DNA from: an uncultured cyanobacterium
GTDB taxonomy: Bacteria > Cyanobacteriota > Cyanobacteriia > Cyanobacteriales > CAWUOF01
DNA length: 64,000 nucleotides
Direction: 5' to 3'
NCBI GenBank assembly: GCA_963744145.1
Contig: CAVUSO010000001.1
Coordinates: 832,001-896,000 of the forward strand
The translations under genes were made by a program, and so were the position numbers. Shown here one piece after another: positions 21,272-31,200 of this stretch; the first letter of the stretch is position 1; each line of letters begins with the position of its first letter. Below the pieces are notes generated by a model. It saw only the letters and a list, made by a program, of their open reading frames with translations, made no database searches and was not told the origin of the DNA.

Positions 21272-22314
21272 TTTTTATCTTCTCTCCCATAAGCTGGTGT
21301 GACACCAAAGTTCATTCTTACCAGTCCCCCTGGAGCGAGACGAACTAAGCGAGATTGACTATTTTGTTCAATAAAGTGACGGTTAGGTGCTAGAGTATAA
21401 CCAGGTAAACTACTTAAATCTAAGGTGCCAGTATGGTTTCCTGGTAAGACTCCCGCTAAAGAAAATAAACCATTAGCATCAGTAACTACACGGGTTCCAT
21501 CTTCAAAGAAAATTACAGCGTTGGGAATTCCAGGTTCTCCTGGTTGTTGTTCTCCGTCAAAATTTTTATCAACAAATACCCGACCAATAATTGTGCCACA
21601 ATCAGACAGGATACCTGGACTAATTCTAATTAAATAGGTAGCTACATTACTACGAACTGGGGAATTTCCTGATTGTCCAACCACTGAAGCTGCATTACGT
21701 CCTGTACCGCGAATTGAGTCCGGTGTCAATACTCCTGCGTAAGCAACATTCAAACTCTGATTTGGTGCTAGAGTGCCAGAATAAGTAAAGTTTACTACTC
21801 TTTGAGATGTGGTAACTCCGGTTAAGGTGACTGAAGTAGTTGGTCCTGTAGGTGAGGGAACATTGGTGGAATTTGGAGCTGTAGTAGTTGCAGTGGTGGA
21901 ACTTAGGGATGCTTGTAAGGATTTGGATAAAAATTTAATTCCTAAGGGAAGTGTATCGCTGATTTGCAGATTACTGACAGGCACTTTACCCGTATTTTTA
22001 ATCAGTAATCGATAAATAATTGTATCTCCTGGTTCGGCTGATGCGCGATCGCCAGTTTTAATGATTTGTAACGATGGTGGGGTAACAGTTGCACTCACCG
22101 ATACGGTATTTGATGGAATGGTCTGTGGATTAGATTTAATGGTAAATGTTGCTACTCCTGTATTGGAGATAGTTGTACTCTCCTGAGCAATAGCGGAACT
22201 AACCCCGACACCAATTAAATTAGTTACTGCTAAGATCAGATACCCCTGACCTAACAGGTGAAAAAGAAATTTCATCAAAGCTAACCATTCCCTATAAACG
22301 CCAAAATTATTCAA
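21268..22314 (-). CDS. DUF11 domain protein with C-terminal SdrD-B-like domain
   Basis: Signal peptide, KTGDRASAEPGDTIIYRL DUF11 motif, GRVFVDKNFDGEQQPGEPGI motif; true start may be downstream. Confidence 0.8.
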   Translation of the reverse strand: MNNFGVYREWLALMKFLFHLLGQGYLILAVTNLIGVGVSSAIAQESTTISNTGVATFTIKSNPQTIPSNTVSVSATVTPPSLQIIKTGDRASAEPGDTIIYRLLIKNTGKVPVSNLQISDTLPLGIKFLSKSLQASLSSTTATTTAPNSTNVPSPTGPTTSVTLTGVTTSQRVVNFTYSGTLAPNQSLNVAYAGVLTPDSIRGTGRNAASVVGQSGNSPVRSNVATYLIRISPGILSDCGTIIGRVFVDKNFDGEQQPGEPGIPNAVIFFEDGTRVVTDANGLFSLAGVLPGNHTGTLDLSSLPGYTLAPNRHFIEQNSQSRLVRLAPGGLVRMNFGVTPAYGREDKK

Positions 22315-22690
22315 ATTTTAGCGGTTTTAAGTTTTTTAGATTTTTAGTAGATGCCCTGTTTTTTAATTCTAGACAGAAAAATATAGCAGAAGTTTTTAAT
22401 TTAGAACTTCTTGCTCACTGATTGCTAATTTCCACAATTTTGCCAATCCGCGTTTAGATACATGAATAATTATTTTTATTCCGGATGAGAACTTGGCAAA
22501 TTTGAAAAAATTACAATCTGAGTATACCCGGAATTAGATTTTTTCTTACCAACATACTATTTTTTTTTCATTTGGTAACATTAATTTACAAAAATATTTG
22601 CTTTTTCTACCCAATTATTTCATTATAGAAAAAAAAGGCCAGGTCTGTTAGTTCCTAGCCGACAGAATTTTCAATTTATCTCTGTGGACA

Positions 22691-23386
22691 TTATATTCGC
22701 ATTAAGATGTTCAAGCCATGGGTATCAGTGCCACAGGTGTTGAATAGACTATAAATTTTACCTAATTCTGCCACTTCTTCAGTTTGGCTGGGACTAGGTT
22801 GCCAGGGATTGGGGTTATTATAAGCATAATAGGTTTCAATTCCATCAATTCCCAAACTGGCAGCTACCGGGATCAGTTCAGTTGCTGGCAGTTTATAACG
22901 TGCTGGATGAGCTAAAATTGCCAAGCCCCCTGCTTGTTGAATGGATGAAATTACATTCACTGCTTCGCAATCGCTACCAATGGGAGCTTGACTTTGTACA
23001 TAAGGCTGTATAGATGAATGCTGCGGATTAAACCCATAACCCAAAATGTGTACTTCTACCCCTAGGAGTTCTGCGGTAATCTCAATACCGCTCCATAAGT
23101 AAGGTTTGGGAGCATCAATCTGATTTTCTAGCCAGTTTTTGGCAATTAAATAACCATTTACACTATGGTGATCTGTGATCGCTAAACCTGTAAGACCAAT
23201 CGCGATCGCTTGTTCCATTAATGCTTCTGGGGATAATCTACCATCAGAGTAAATGGTATGGAGATGGAAGTTAAAGGTAAGAGGACAGCTATGGCCATCA
23301 ATTTCTGAGAATACTTGCTGAAGCGCCGGCAGATCCTGCGCCCAGAGCTGATTAAAAATAGGAGTCGGAGCGAGGTTGACAGCCAT
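22691..23386 (-). CDS. PHP domain protein
   Basis: HLHTIYSDG, ITDHH, LAHP and GTDTH motifs. Confidence 0.9.
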   Translation of the reverse strand: MAVNLAPTPIFNQLWAQDLPALQQVFSEIDGHSCPLTFNFHLHTIYSDGRLSPEALMEQAIAIGLTGLAITDHHSVNGYLIAKNWLENQIDAPKPYLWSGIEITAELLGVEVHILGYGFNPQHSSIQPYVQSQAPIGSDCEAVNVISSIQQAGGLAILAHPARYKLPATELIPVAASLGIDGIETYYAYNNPNPWQPSPSQTEEVAELGKIYSLFNTCGTDTHGLNILMRI

Positions 23387-23649
23387 AAAATTTTTTACTT
23401 TAGTGTTCTTTAATCTACTATATCCAATTTATGATTAAGGTGGGAGTAAGGCCAAGTTTAGATCCCAATATGATTTATTATGATCAAGATAAAAGTTGCC
23501 AATATATTTCTGAAGAACTGGCGGGTCATGATTGAGGATGTGGTCAGAAGACAGAAATATTCTGTCTTCTGTCAATCCATAACCTGTTCAGCATTATTAA
23601 TTACCTGTAAGCTTGCTCTAACCCTGATGTCCAATCATGCCCAAAAAGA

Positions 23650-24927
23650 TTATTTTTTTTCATCAGTATTTCGGGCTTGCCAAGCTAATTCTAACAACCG
23701 CGACCAACGCTTTTGGACTTGTTTAGGGGTGCATTTCAGTGTTTTCGCGATCGCTTGATCACTAGCCCCGGCTTGTTTCATTTGGAATAATTGTACTTGT
23801 TCTAGGGAAAGCTGTTGTAAAAAAGCATCCCATTCCGGTCGAGACATCCCTAAATTTTGATCAAGATCGGCACCTAACCATTGATGTACCAATTGCCAAT
23901 GATGAACTCGGGCAAATTTTTCTACATGGTACTTAAATCTTTGTTGTAAGTAATCCCGTTGTCGAGGAGACAAGTTTAACAGTTCATCAATTTCTTGAGC
24001 TGGTAAATCTTGTAATTTTAAGGTTAAATAATCAACACAATCCGCTTGTCCTTGGGCTTCTAAATATTGGACTAATTCTGCTAGGACACGCTCACGCAAG
24101 ACTCCATCAGCTGGGTCATGAGCTTCTGCGACCAATTGCTTCCGGACCTGTTGCATCACATAAGACCGACTGTGAGCTTCTGAGTCTTCTCCTTTAGGTG
24201 ATTCTACTGCTAATTCAATGTCGATCGCCGTTTCGGCTGGTTGACCATTAGCAAATCCCTGGGCTCTTAAGATAATCAATTGTTGATTATAACCACCTGG
24301 TAAAGAAATCCGACGTTTGGCATAATGTTCAGTGAAGGCCATGTATTCAGCCAATTCTAACTTCGTGCGCGGCATATAATCATCACCTAGTTGATTTTCC
24401 CGTCGAAAAGCTTTCAGTGATTCAATATAAAAACTTTGCAAAAAGTCTTCAATTAAGGTATAACGGGCTTGAAAACCTAATTGGGCTCGCAGTGGTGCAA
24501 TATGACGGTAAACCATCACACTCAAATTGCTATGTAACTCCACTCGTCCTTTAGTAGAAGACAGACGATAATAGGTTAAACATTTTTTCAACCGATGTCT
24601 TCCTAAAGCCAATTGCCAACTATCGACTTGTCCAGAATTTTGAATTCTTTGACTTTTTTGACAAATTCTTTGCACTTCCAGCGCGATTCTTGTTACTATA
24701 GCAGTAGCTGAAGCTAAGGAGATTTTTGGCGATCGCGTGGTTGAAGTTCCGGATAATGGGGAAGATTGGGGAAATTCGGCTTGAAGTTCGTGCAAAAGGA
24801 TATTAGCTAAAGTATCAGAGTCCATGACTGCCAAGGAACCGAATTGATCTGAATCTTCAGGTTGGTAATTGCGTTGGGATGAATCGGGATGATTGGGATA
24901 GAGAGAATTAGCGAGTTCAACGTTCAT
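23650..24927 (-). CDS. HetZ-related protein
   Basis: Cyanobacterial HetZ-like features (LELAEYMAFTE, RQRDYLQQRFKYH, C-terminal HTH); start placed at ATG 24927, the ORF extends to 25029. Confidence 0.7.
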   Translation of the reverse strand: MNVELANSLYPNHPDSSQRNYQPEDSDQFGSLAVMDSDTLANILLHELQAEFPQSSPLSGTSTTRSPKISLASATAIVTRIALEVQRICQKSQRIQNSGQVDSWQLALGRHRLKKCLTYYRLSSTKGRVELHSNLSVMVYRHIAPLRAQLGFQARYTLIEDFLQSFYIESLKAFRRENQLGDDYMPRTKLELAEYMAFTEHYAKRRISLPGGYNQQLIILRAQGFANGQPAETAIDIELAVESPKGEDSEAHSRSYVMQQVRKQLVAEAHDPADGVLRERVLAELVQYLEAQGQADCVDYLTLKLQDLPAQEIDELLNLSPRQRDYLQQRFKYHVEKFARVHHWQLVHQWLGADLDQNLGMSRPEWDAFLQQLSLEQVQLFQMKQAGASDQAIAKTLKCTPKQVQKRWSRLLELAWQARNTDEKK

Positions 24928-25289
24928 AATTTTCCTGAAAGATAACGCACCATAAATAAGAGGAAAACGCTTGCTCAGAGCCGATTCAAACATCTTGCTG
25001 CTCAAGCTGAAATTACCTACAAAGTGCATCTGGAAAAAAACAGATATTCTCGTCCATCAATGTTTCACTTTCTTACTTGGCTGTCTATTCCACCAAAAGC
25101 ATCCCTAATTTCAAGATTTTCCTTCCTCAAACGCAACCTCTTGAACAGTAAGGGTTAAGTAGTTCTTCACTCTACTGTAATTAGCTAATTGAACCAAGGC
25201 TACCAATTACCCATAAATAGACAATTCTCTAACTGGCTGATCCTAACATGACACAATCACTTTTTACTCTAAAATATCTATGGTTTAAC

Positions 25290-25955
25290 TTAATCTTTGA
25301 TTAGTTGCGACCAATCTGCTACCGCTTCCCAGCCTAAACCTTGACGTAGAATGATCGGTTCTTGCTCAGTTAAATCGATAATGGTGGAAACTTGGTAGCT
25401 TGGTTCGGAACCGTTATCGATGATAATGTCTACTAATTTTTCCATCTGGTCAAATAACTCCGCTCGCTCAAACTGCTCGGTAATAGTCCCCCGAGTTATT
25501 TCATCATCACCGATTAAATGAGCGGAAGTAGAAATAATCGGATTACCCAAGATATTTAAGAGTGCTAAACAAATCGGGTGATTTGGGACACGAATACCTG
25601 TAGTTTTACGTTTTGGATTCAGGACCAATTTGGGGACTAATTTAGTTGCTGGTAATAAAAAAGTATAAGTCCCGGGAATCAGACGTTTAATAATTCGGTA
25701 AGCTGAATCAGAAACAACAGCATAACTGGCAATATTGGAGAGAGAAGGACAGAGGAAAGTTAAGGGTTTATCGTTAGCTAATTGTTTGATCTGTCTAACT
25801 TTTTCGATCGCTGATTTTACTTTTAAATCACAGCCGATCGCGTAAACTGTATCAGTAGGATAAAGCATGACGGCTCCATCCTGTAATGCGTCCCCGATTT
25901 TTTGGATAGTACGAGTTTGGGGTGTATCGGGATGGACTTCGTAAATTATTGCCAT
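25290..25955 (-). CDS. Sua5/YciO/YrdC family (L-threonylcarbamoyladenylate synthase-like) protein
   Basis: YPTDTVYAIGC, GIRVP, STSA and STIIDL motifs. Confidence 0.9.
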   Translation of the reverse strand: MAIIYEVHPDTPQTRTIQKIGDALQDGAVMLYPTDTVYAIGCDLKVKSAIEKVRQIKQLANDKPLTFLCPSLSNIASYAVVSDSAYRIIKRLIPGTYTFLLPATKLVPKLVLNPKRKTTGIRVPNHPICLALLNILGNPIISTSAHLIGDDEITRGTITEQFERAELFDQMEKLVDIIIDNGSEPSYQVSTIIDLTEQEPIILRQGLGWEAVADWSQLIKD

Positions 25956-25985
25956 GATGATGTTGCTCCAGCGAAAAACACATTT

Positions 25986-27242
25986 ATGAAAAAAATAGCC
26001 TATCTTGACTGTTCAACTGGAATTTCTGGTGATATGTGTTTAGGAGCCCTAGTTCATGCTGGTGTACCGTTAGATTATCTAATTAAGCAACTAAGTCTGC
26101 TCAAGATTGACCAGGAGTATCAGTTATTTGTGGAAAGTGTACTTCGCAATGGTCAGCAAGCAACTAAGTTTTTTGTGGATTTGGTCGAACCTGGTGCTGA
26201 TCATCCTGGGTCGGAAACAACTGCTCATCATCATCACCACCATCATGTCCGTCATTTACCAGAAATAGAAAGTCTTATTCAATCAGCTGAGTTACCTGTT
26301 CGTGTCCGCGATTGGAGTTTAGCAATATTTCGCACCTTAGCGATCGCGGAATCGGAAGTCCATGGAATTCCTCCCGAACAGGTTCATTTCCACGAAGTAG
26401 GTGCTACCGATGCAATTGTTGATATTGTCGGAACTTGTTTGGGTTTAGATTGGTTAGATATTGATCTCCTTTATTGTTCACCCTTACCAACTGGAGGAGG
26501 TATGGTGAGAGCAGCACATGGTCAATTACCAGTACCTGTTCCCGCTGTGTTAAAATTGTGGGCATCCCGTCAAGTTCCGGTTTATAGTAATGGGATTGAA
26601 CGAGAGTTATGTACCCCGACCGGTACTGCGATCGCAGTGACTCTCGTTACTAGCTTTGGTCCTCCTCCAGCTCTGGTGATCGATCGGGTTGGTTTAGGTG
26701 CTGGTTCTCATCAGTTACCAATTCCTAATATTTTACGCTTGTGGATTGGTTCTCCTACTGTTCCCCTAGGAGAAGAACATCTTTCCTTATCACCTAATTT
26801 AGAAAATATTTCCGTTTTAGAAACCCAGATTGATGATTTAAGTCCGCAAGCGATCGCTTATACTTATGAAGCTTTATTTAATGTGGGTGCTCTTGATGTT
26901 TTTACTCAACCAATTGTCATGAAAAAGTCTCGTTCAGGGATATTATTGACTGTTATTTGTCATCCTGAATATCGAGCTGCTTGTGAAAATGTTTTATTCC
27001 GAGAAACCACTACTTTAGGAATTCGTCATCGTCTGGAACAACGCCATATTTTAGCGCGAGAAATCCGGGAAGTGCTAACTGATTATGGTCCGGTCAGGGT
27101 AAAAGTAGCCTTTCATCATGGCAATATTATTAATGTTCAGCCAGAATACGAAGATTGTGCTAATATAGCGAGAACTAAAAATATTTCTTGGCGAGAAGTT
27201 TATCAATTAGTAAAAAAAACTTGGTCTGATCAGTATTCCTAA
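25986..27242 (+). CDS. larC: Nickel pincer cofactor biosynthesis protein LarC
   Basis: YLDCSTGISGDMCLGAL, His-rich stretch, HFHEVGATDAIVDI, PEYEDC; start moved to ATG 25986 to avoid overlap with the divergent gene. Confidence 0.92.
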   Translation: MKKIAYLDCSTGISGDMCLGALVHAGVPLDYLIKQLSLLKIDQEYQLFVESVLRNGQQATKFFVDLVEPGADHPGSETTAHHHHHHHVRHLPEIESLIQSAELPVRVRDWSLAIFRTLAIAESEVHGIPPEQVHFHEVGATDAIVDIVGTCLGLDWLDIDLLYCSPLPTGGGMVRAAHGQLPVPVPAVLKLWASRQVPVYSNGIERELCTPTGTAIAVTLVTSFGPPPALVIDRVGLGAGSHQLPIPNILRLWIGSPTVPLGEEHLSLSPNLENISVLETQIDDLSPQAIAYTYEALFNVGALDVFTQPIVMKKSRSGILLTVICHPEYRAACENVLFRETTTLGIRHRLEQRHILAREIREVLTDYGPVRVKVAFHHGNIINVQPEYEDCANIARTKNISWREVYQLVKKTWSDQYS

Positions 27243-27287
27243 TTTCAGTTCACTATAGTGGATATTAAAGAGAGATGGGCATGATTA

Positions 27288-27710
27288 TTAAGGCACGAGC
27301 AAACTCATTGAACTTAGAGGAGTGGTAAAAACAAAATAGATCATCCCAGTTCCTAAAAGGAGGATAGCGAGACTGAAAAGAATTACCCATCGATCTGGTG
27401 GTTCGTAGGTATCCTCATCAATATCACGACGGACCGCAAAATAGTGCTGGGTACAAAGTAACACAGTGATTAAACCAACCAAAGCAAAAATTAGGCCCAA
27501 TTTCCAGCCATTACCAGGGTCATGGGAAAGGGGAGGATGAAAATCACGAAGACGCACAATGACGACTCCAAAACCCATGAGCGCGATCGCTGTACGCATC
27601 CATGCTAGATAGGTCCGCTCATTGGCTAAGTGATCCCGCACCCGGGAGGGATTAAGTAGCTTTGGCTTTTTTTCCTTTTCTTCTGTGGAATTGACGATGA
27701 GCTGCATCAA
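27288..27710 (-). CDS. DUF202 (YidH family) membrane protein
   Basis: RDHLANERTYLAWMRT signature, 3 TM segments. Confidence 0.9.
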   Translation of the reverse strand: MMQLIVNSTEEKEKKPKLLNPSRVRDHLANERTYLAWMRTAIALMGFGVVIVRLRDFHPPLSHDPGNGWKLGLIFALVGLITVLLCTQHYFAVRRDIDEDTYEPPDRWVILFSLAILLLGTGMIYFVFTTPLSSMSLLVP

Positions 27711-27989
27711 AACACCTTTAATTTTAGTTTGCCATGTAAATTAAACCAGCATTAACTAATCAAAAACAATCATTTATACTACAAATCTCCAAAAGGAAAG
27801 GGGGGCAAGAATGACCTCTCCCCCAACCCCTCTCCTCAAAGGAAAGGGGAGAAGAATAAATCTATTCAATCTCCCATCAATTTAATTATCTTAATTGTCC
27901 CCAATTATTAAAATTATGACTAAGAGCTTTTGCGCCCGTCCAAGGGTCATTGTCCATCTACTAGAGAAAATTACCCAAATATATTTTTT

Positions 27990-28257
27990 GCAAAATTTGA
28001 TTGCTAAAATATGTAGCAAAGTTGCAAAAGTGTTTTATAGTTTTTATATGAATTTTTTGGCAAGGCGAAGCTAGGTCGAAAAACCAGGGGGTGCCGCCAA
28101 AATCTCTAGAACCTTGATAATTCAATACTTCTAACCTCTAAACCTGTTCCAAATCTGGTGAAAATTCAGTTGGGGCGATCGCTGAAATGAAGTTTTTTTG
28201 GAGACCTGCCAAAACTGCTTTTCAAAGCTAGTCCCAGTAACCCTTCTAGACCCCGCT
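27990..28257 (+). promoter_or_regulatory. CRISPR leader
   Basis: Non-coding region directly 5' of the first repeat, with TTTTGGCAAG...GCCAAAA inverted motifs typical of cyanobacterial leaders; degenerate repeats lie at the opposite end of the array. Confidence 0.75.
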
Positions 28258-31200
28258 CTTTCTCAATACTGAATCCCGGCAACGGGACTGAAACAATTGA
28301 CCATGATTTTTTAAGGACATTATATGTTATAGCTTTCTCAATACTGAATCCCGGCAACGGGACTGAAACTATCTAAAATAGGATAACCCGCTTCTTTTTC
28401 TCCTACTTTCTCAATACTGAATCCCGGCAACGGGACTGAAACTTGTTCGCCGATTACCTATCTACGATAAACGTATTCGGAGATCTTTCTCAATACTGAA
28501 TCCCGGCAACGGGACTGAAACCTGGCATCTGAGCCAGAGATAAAGAAAGAAATAAAGCTTTCTCAATACTGAATCCCGGCAACGGGACTGAAACTAAACG
28601 AGCAAAAGCTGTAAAAAGAACCATAACACATCTTTCTCAATACTGAATCCCGGCAACGGGACTGAAACTATCGTCGGTTTGTTAGTTACAATATTGTCAA
28701 CTTTCTCAATACTGAATCCCGGCAACGGGACTGAAACTGGCGATTTCACGATTAAGGCAGAATCCGATTTAAGCCTTTCTCAATACTGAATCCCGGCAAC
28801 GGGACTGAAACTTGGGAATAGAGTTATTAAAATTAAATTATGATATTAACTTTCTCAATACTGAATCCCGGCAACGGGACTGAAACTTCTGAAGCTCATG
28901 CTTAATTTGCATGAGCATCCCCACCTTTCTCAATACTGAATCCCGGCAACGGGACTGAAACCCTCTGTACTCATGCCGTTCAAGAAAAACTTGAAACTTT
29001 CTCAATACTGAATCCCGGCAACGGGACTGAAACTCTTGTATAGATGGAATAATAGAATTCAATTTCTTCGGCTTTCTCAATACTGAATCCCGGCAACGGG
29101 ACTGAAACCCTTGCCCTATTAGGGCTAACTACATGAGAAGCTTTCTCCTTTCTCAATACTGAATCCCGGCAACGGGACTGAAACAAATATCCTTCTATTT
29201 CATTGTCAGAGGCTGTATGATTCTTTCTCAATACTGAATCCCGGCAACGGGACTGAAACAACTGATAAGTCCGGATCATTTAACTTCTCATGTCAGCCGG
29301 ACTTTCTCAATACTGAATCCCGGCAACGGGACTGAAACGTATCATTTACTCCTGTTGGAGCTGCTACTGCTGCTGCTTTCTCAATACTGAATCCCGGCAA
29401 CGGGACTGAAACATCTTAGTTGAGAGGATACGTTTATAACTTCATTAAGCTTTCTCAATACTGAATCCCGGCAACGGGACTGAAACCCACCACTTTTAAT
29501 AGTACATATTAAGATATCCACGTCTTTCTCAATACTGAATCCCGGCAACGGGACTGAAACTCTTTAATTTCTATACGTTCCTTAGCCAATTCATCTAACT
29601 TTCTCAATACTGAATCCCGGCAACGGGACTGAAACATAAAGTATTGTGTATTCTTATTCTGAGATAAGAACTTTCTCAATACTGAATCCCGGCAACGGGA
29701 CTGAAACAACTATCATCATGAGTACACAAGAAAAACAATTCCTCTTTCTCAATACTGAATCCCGGCAACGGGACTGAAACATGTGAATATAAATGTTGTT
29801 CGGTTAAGATAAAATCTTCCTTTCTCAATACTGAATCCCGGCAACGGGACTGAAACATTCTTTAACTTCTCTTTAAACTCTCCCCAACTTAACATGGGCT
29901 TTCTCAATACTGAATCCCGGCAACGGGACTGAAACTTGCAATCACTTCCTCAAACGCATAGCTTAGAGCGTTGAAGATGCTTTCTCAATACTGAATCCCG
30001 GCAACGGGACTGAAACTTAACTCCAGAATTTCATTGTGTACGTGGGATATCTTTCTCAATACTGAATCCCGGCAACGGGACTGAAACCTAAATGACAGAA
30101 ATTATAGTGATCTGATAAACGGTCCTTTCTCAATACTGAATCCCGGCAACGGGACTGAAACTCTTTAATATTAAATTATCAATATACTTATACACACTTT
30201 CTCAATACTGAATCCCGGCAACGGGACTGAAACTCTTTATCATATAAATTAATAAAAGGTATTTTACCCCCTCTTTCTCAATACTGAATCCCGGCAACGG
30301 GACTGAAACAATTCTTTATGATTATTTAATAAATGACTGGCAGCCACTTTCTCAATACTGAATCCCGGCAACGGGACTGAAACCACAAAACCAGGATAAA
30401 AAGATTAAACCTAGTGTTAAAGACTTTCTCAATACTGAATCCCGGCAACGGGACTGAAACCGATACAGTATCAATCAATCTAGAAGTATGTAAATCTTTC
30501 TCAATACTGAATCCCGGCAACGGGACTGAAACCTGTTCAGTATGTTGATACTGTAACTTCTGAAGTCGCTTTCTCAATACTGAATCCCGGCAACGGGACT
30601 GAAACCCTCCTCTAAACATTAATAATATAGTTCCACCTACTTTCTCAATACTGAATCCCGGCAACGGGACTGAAACAAAGTAATTACATCATGTCGTAAT
30701 CTAGATATAAACCTTTCTCAATACTGAATCCCGGCAACGGGACTGAAACTGTACATAACTAGAATATTTAACTTCTGTTGAGAATAAACTTTCTCAATAC
30801 TGAATCCCGGCAACGGGACTGAAACAGCGTTTCTCGATTCCGTTTAACTTCATCCCAGCTAGCCACTTTCTCAATACTGAATCCCGGCAACGGGACTGAA
30901 ACACCTCATGCATAGAAACTAAAAGTTTTGTTGTCTCGAACTTTCTCAATACTGAATCCCGGCAACGGGACTGAAACGTTTCCCAGAATTTTTCTGTTCT
31001 GACTTCTTCAGGCTGATGTCCAGCTTTCTCAATACTGAATCCCGGCAACGGGACTGAAACTATAGAAGAAAGGAATAAGATTACAGAGCTACATCCTTTC
31101 TCAATACTGAATCCCGGCAACGGGACTGAAACCCTGGTCTTTGTGCCCCGTATGATTTGTATGAAACCTTTCTCAATACTGAATCCCGGCAACGGGACTG

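Noticed and set aside
25902..25985. N-terminal extension of larC overlapping the divergent Sua5/YciO gene
   Set aside because: LarC homology starts at MKKIAYLDC (25986)
22691..27710. Genes flanking the array as possible cas or ancillary genes
   Set aside because: Motifs identify PHP, HetZ-like, Sua5/YciO, LarC and DUF202 proteins; none resembles a Cas protein
27720..28257. tracrRNA or anti-repeat near the array
   Set aside because: No extended complement of the repeat seen, and the repeat is class 1-like
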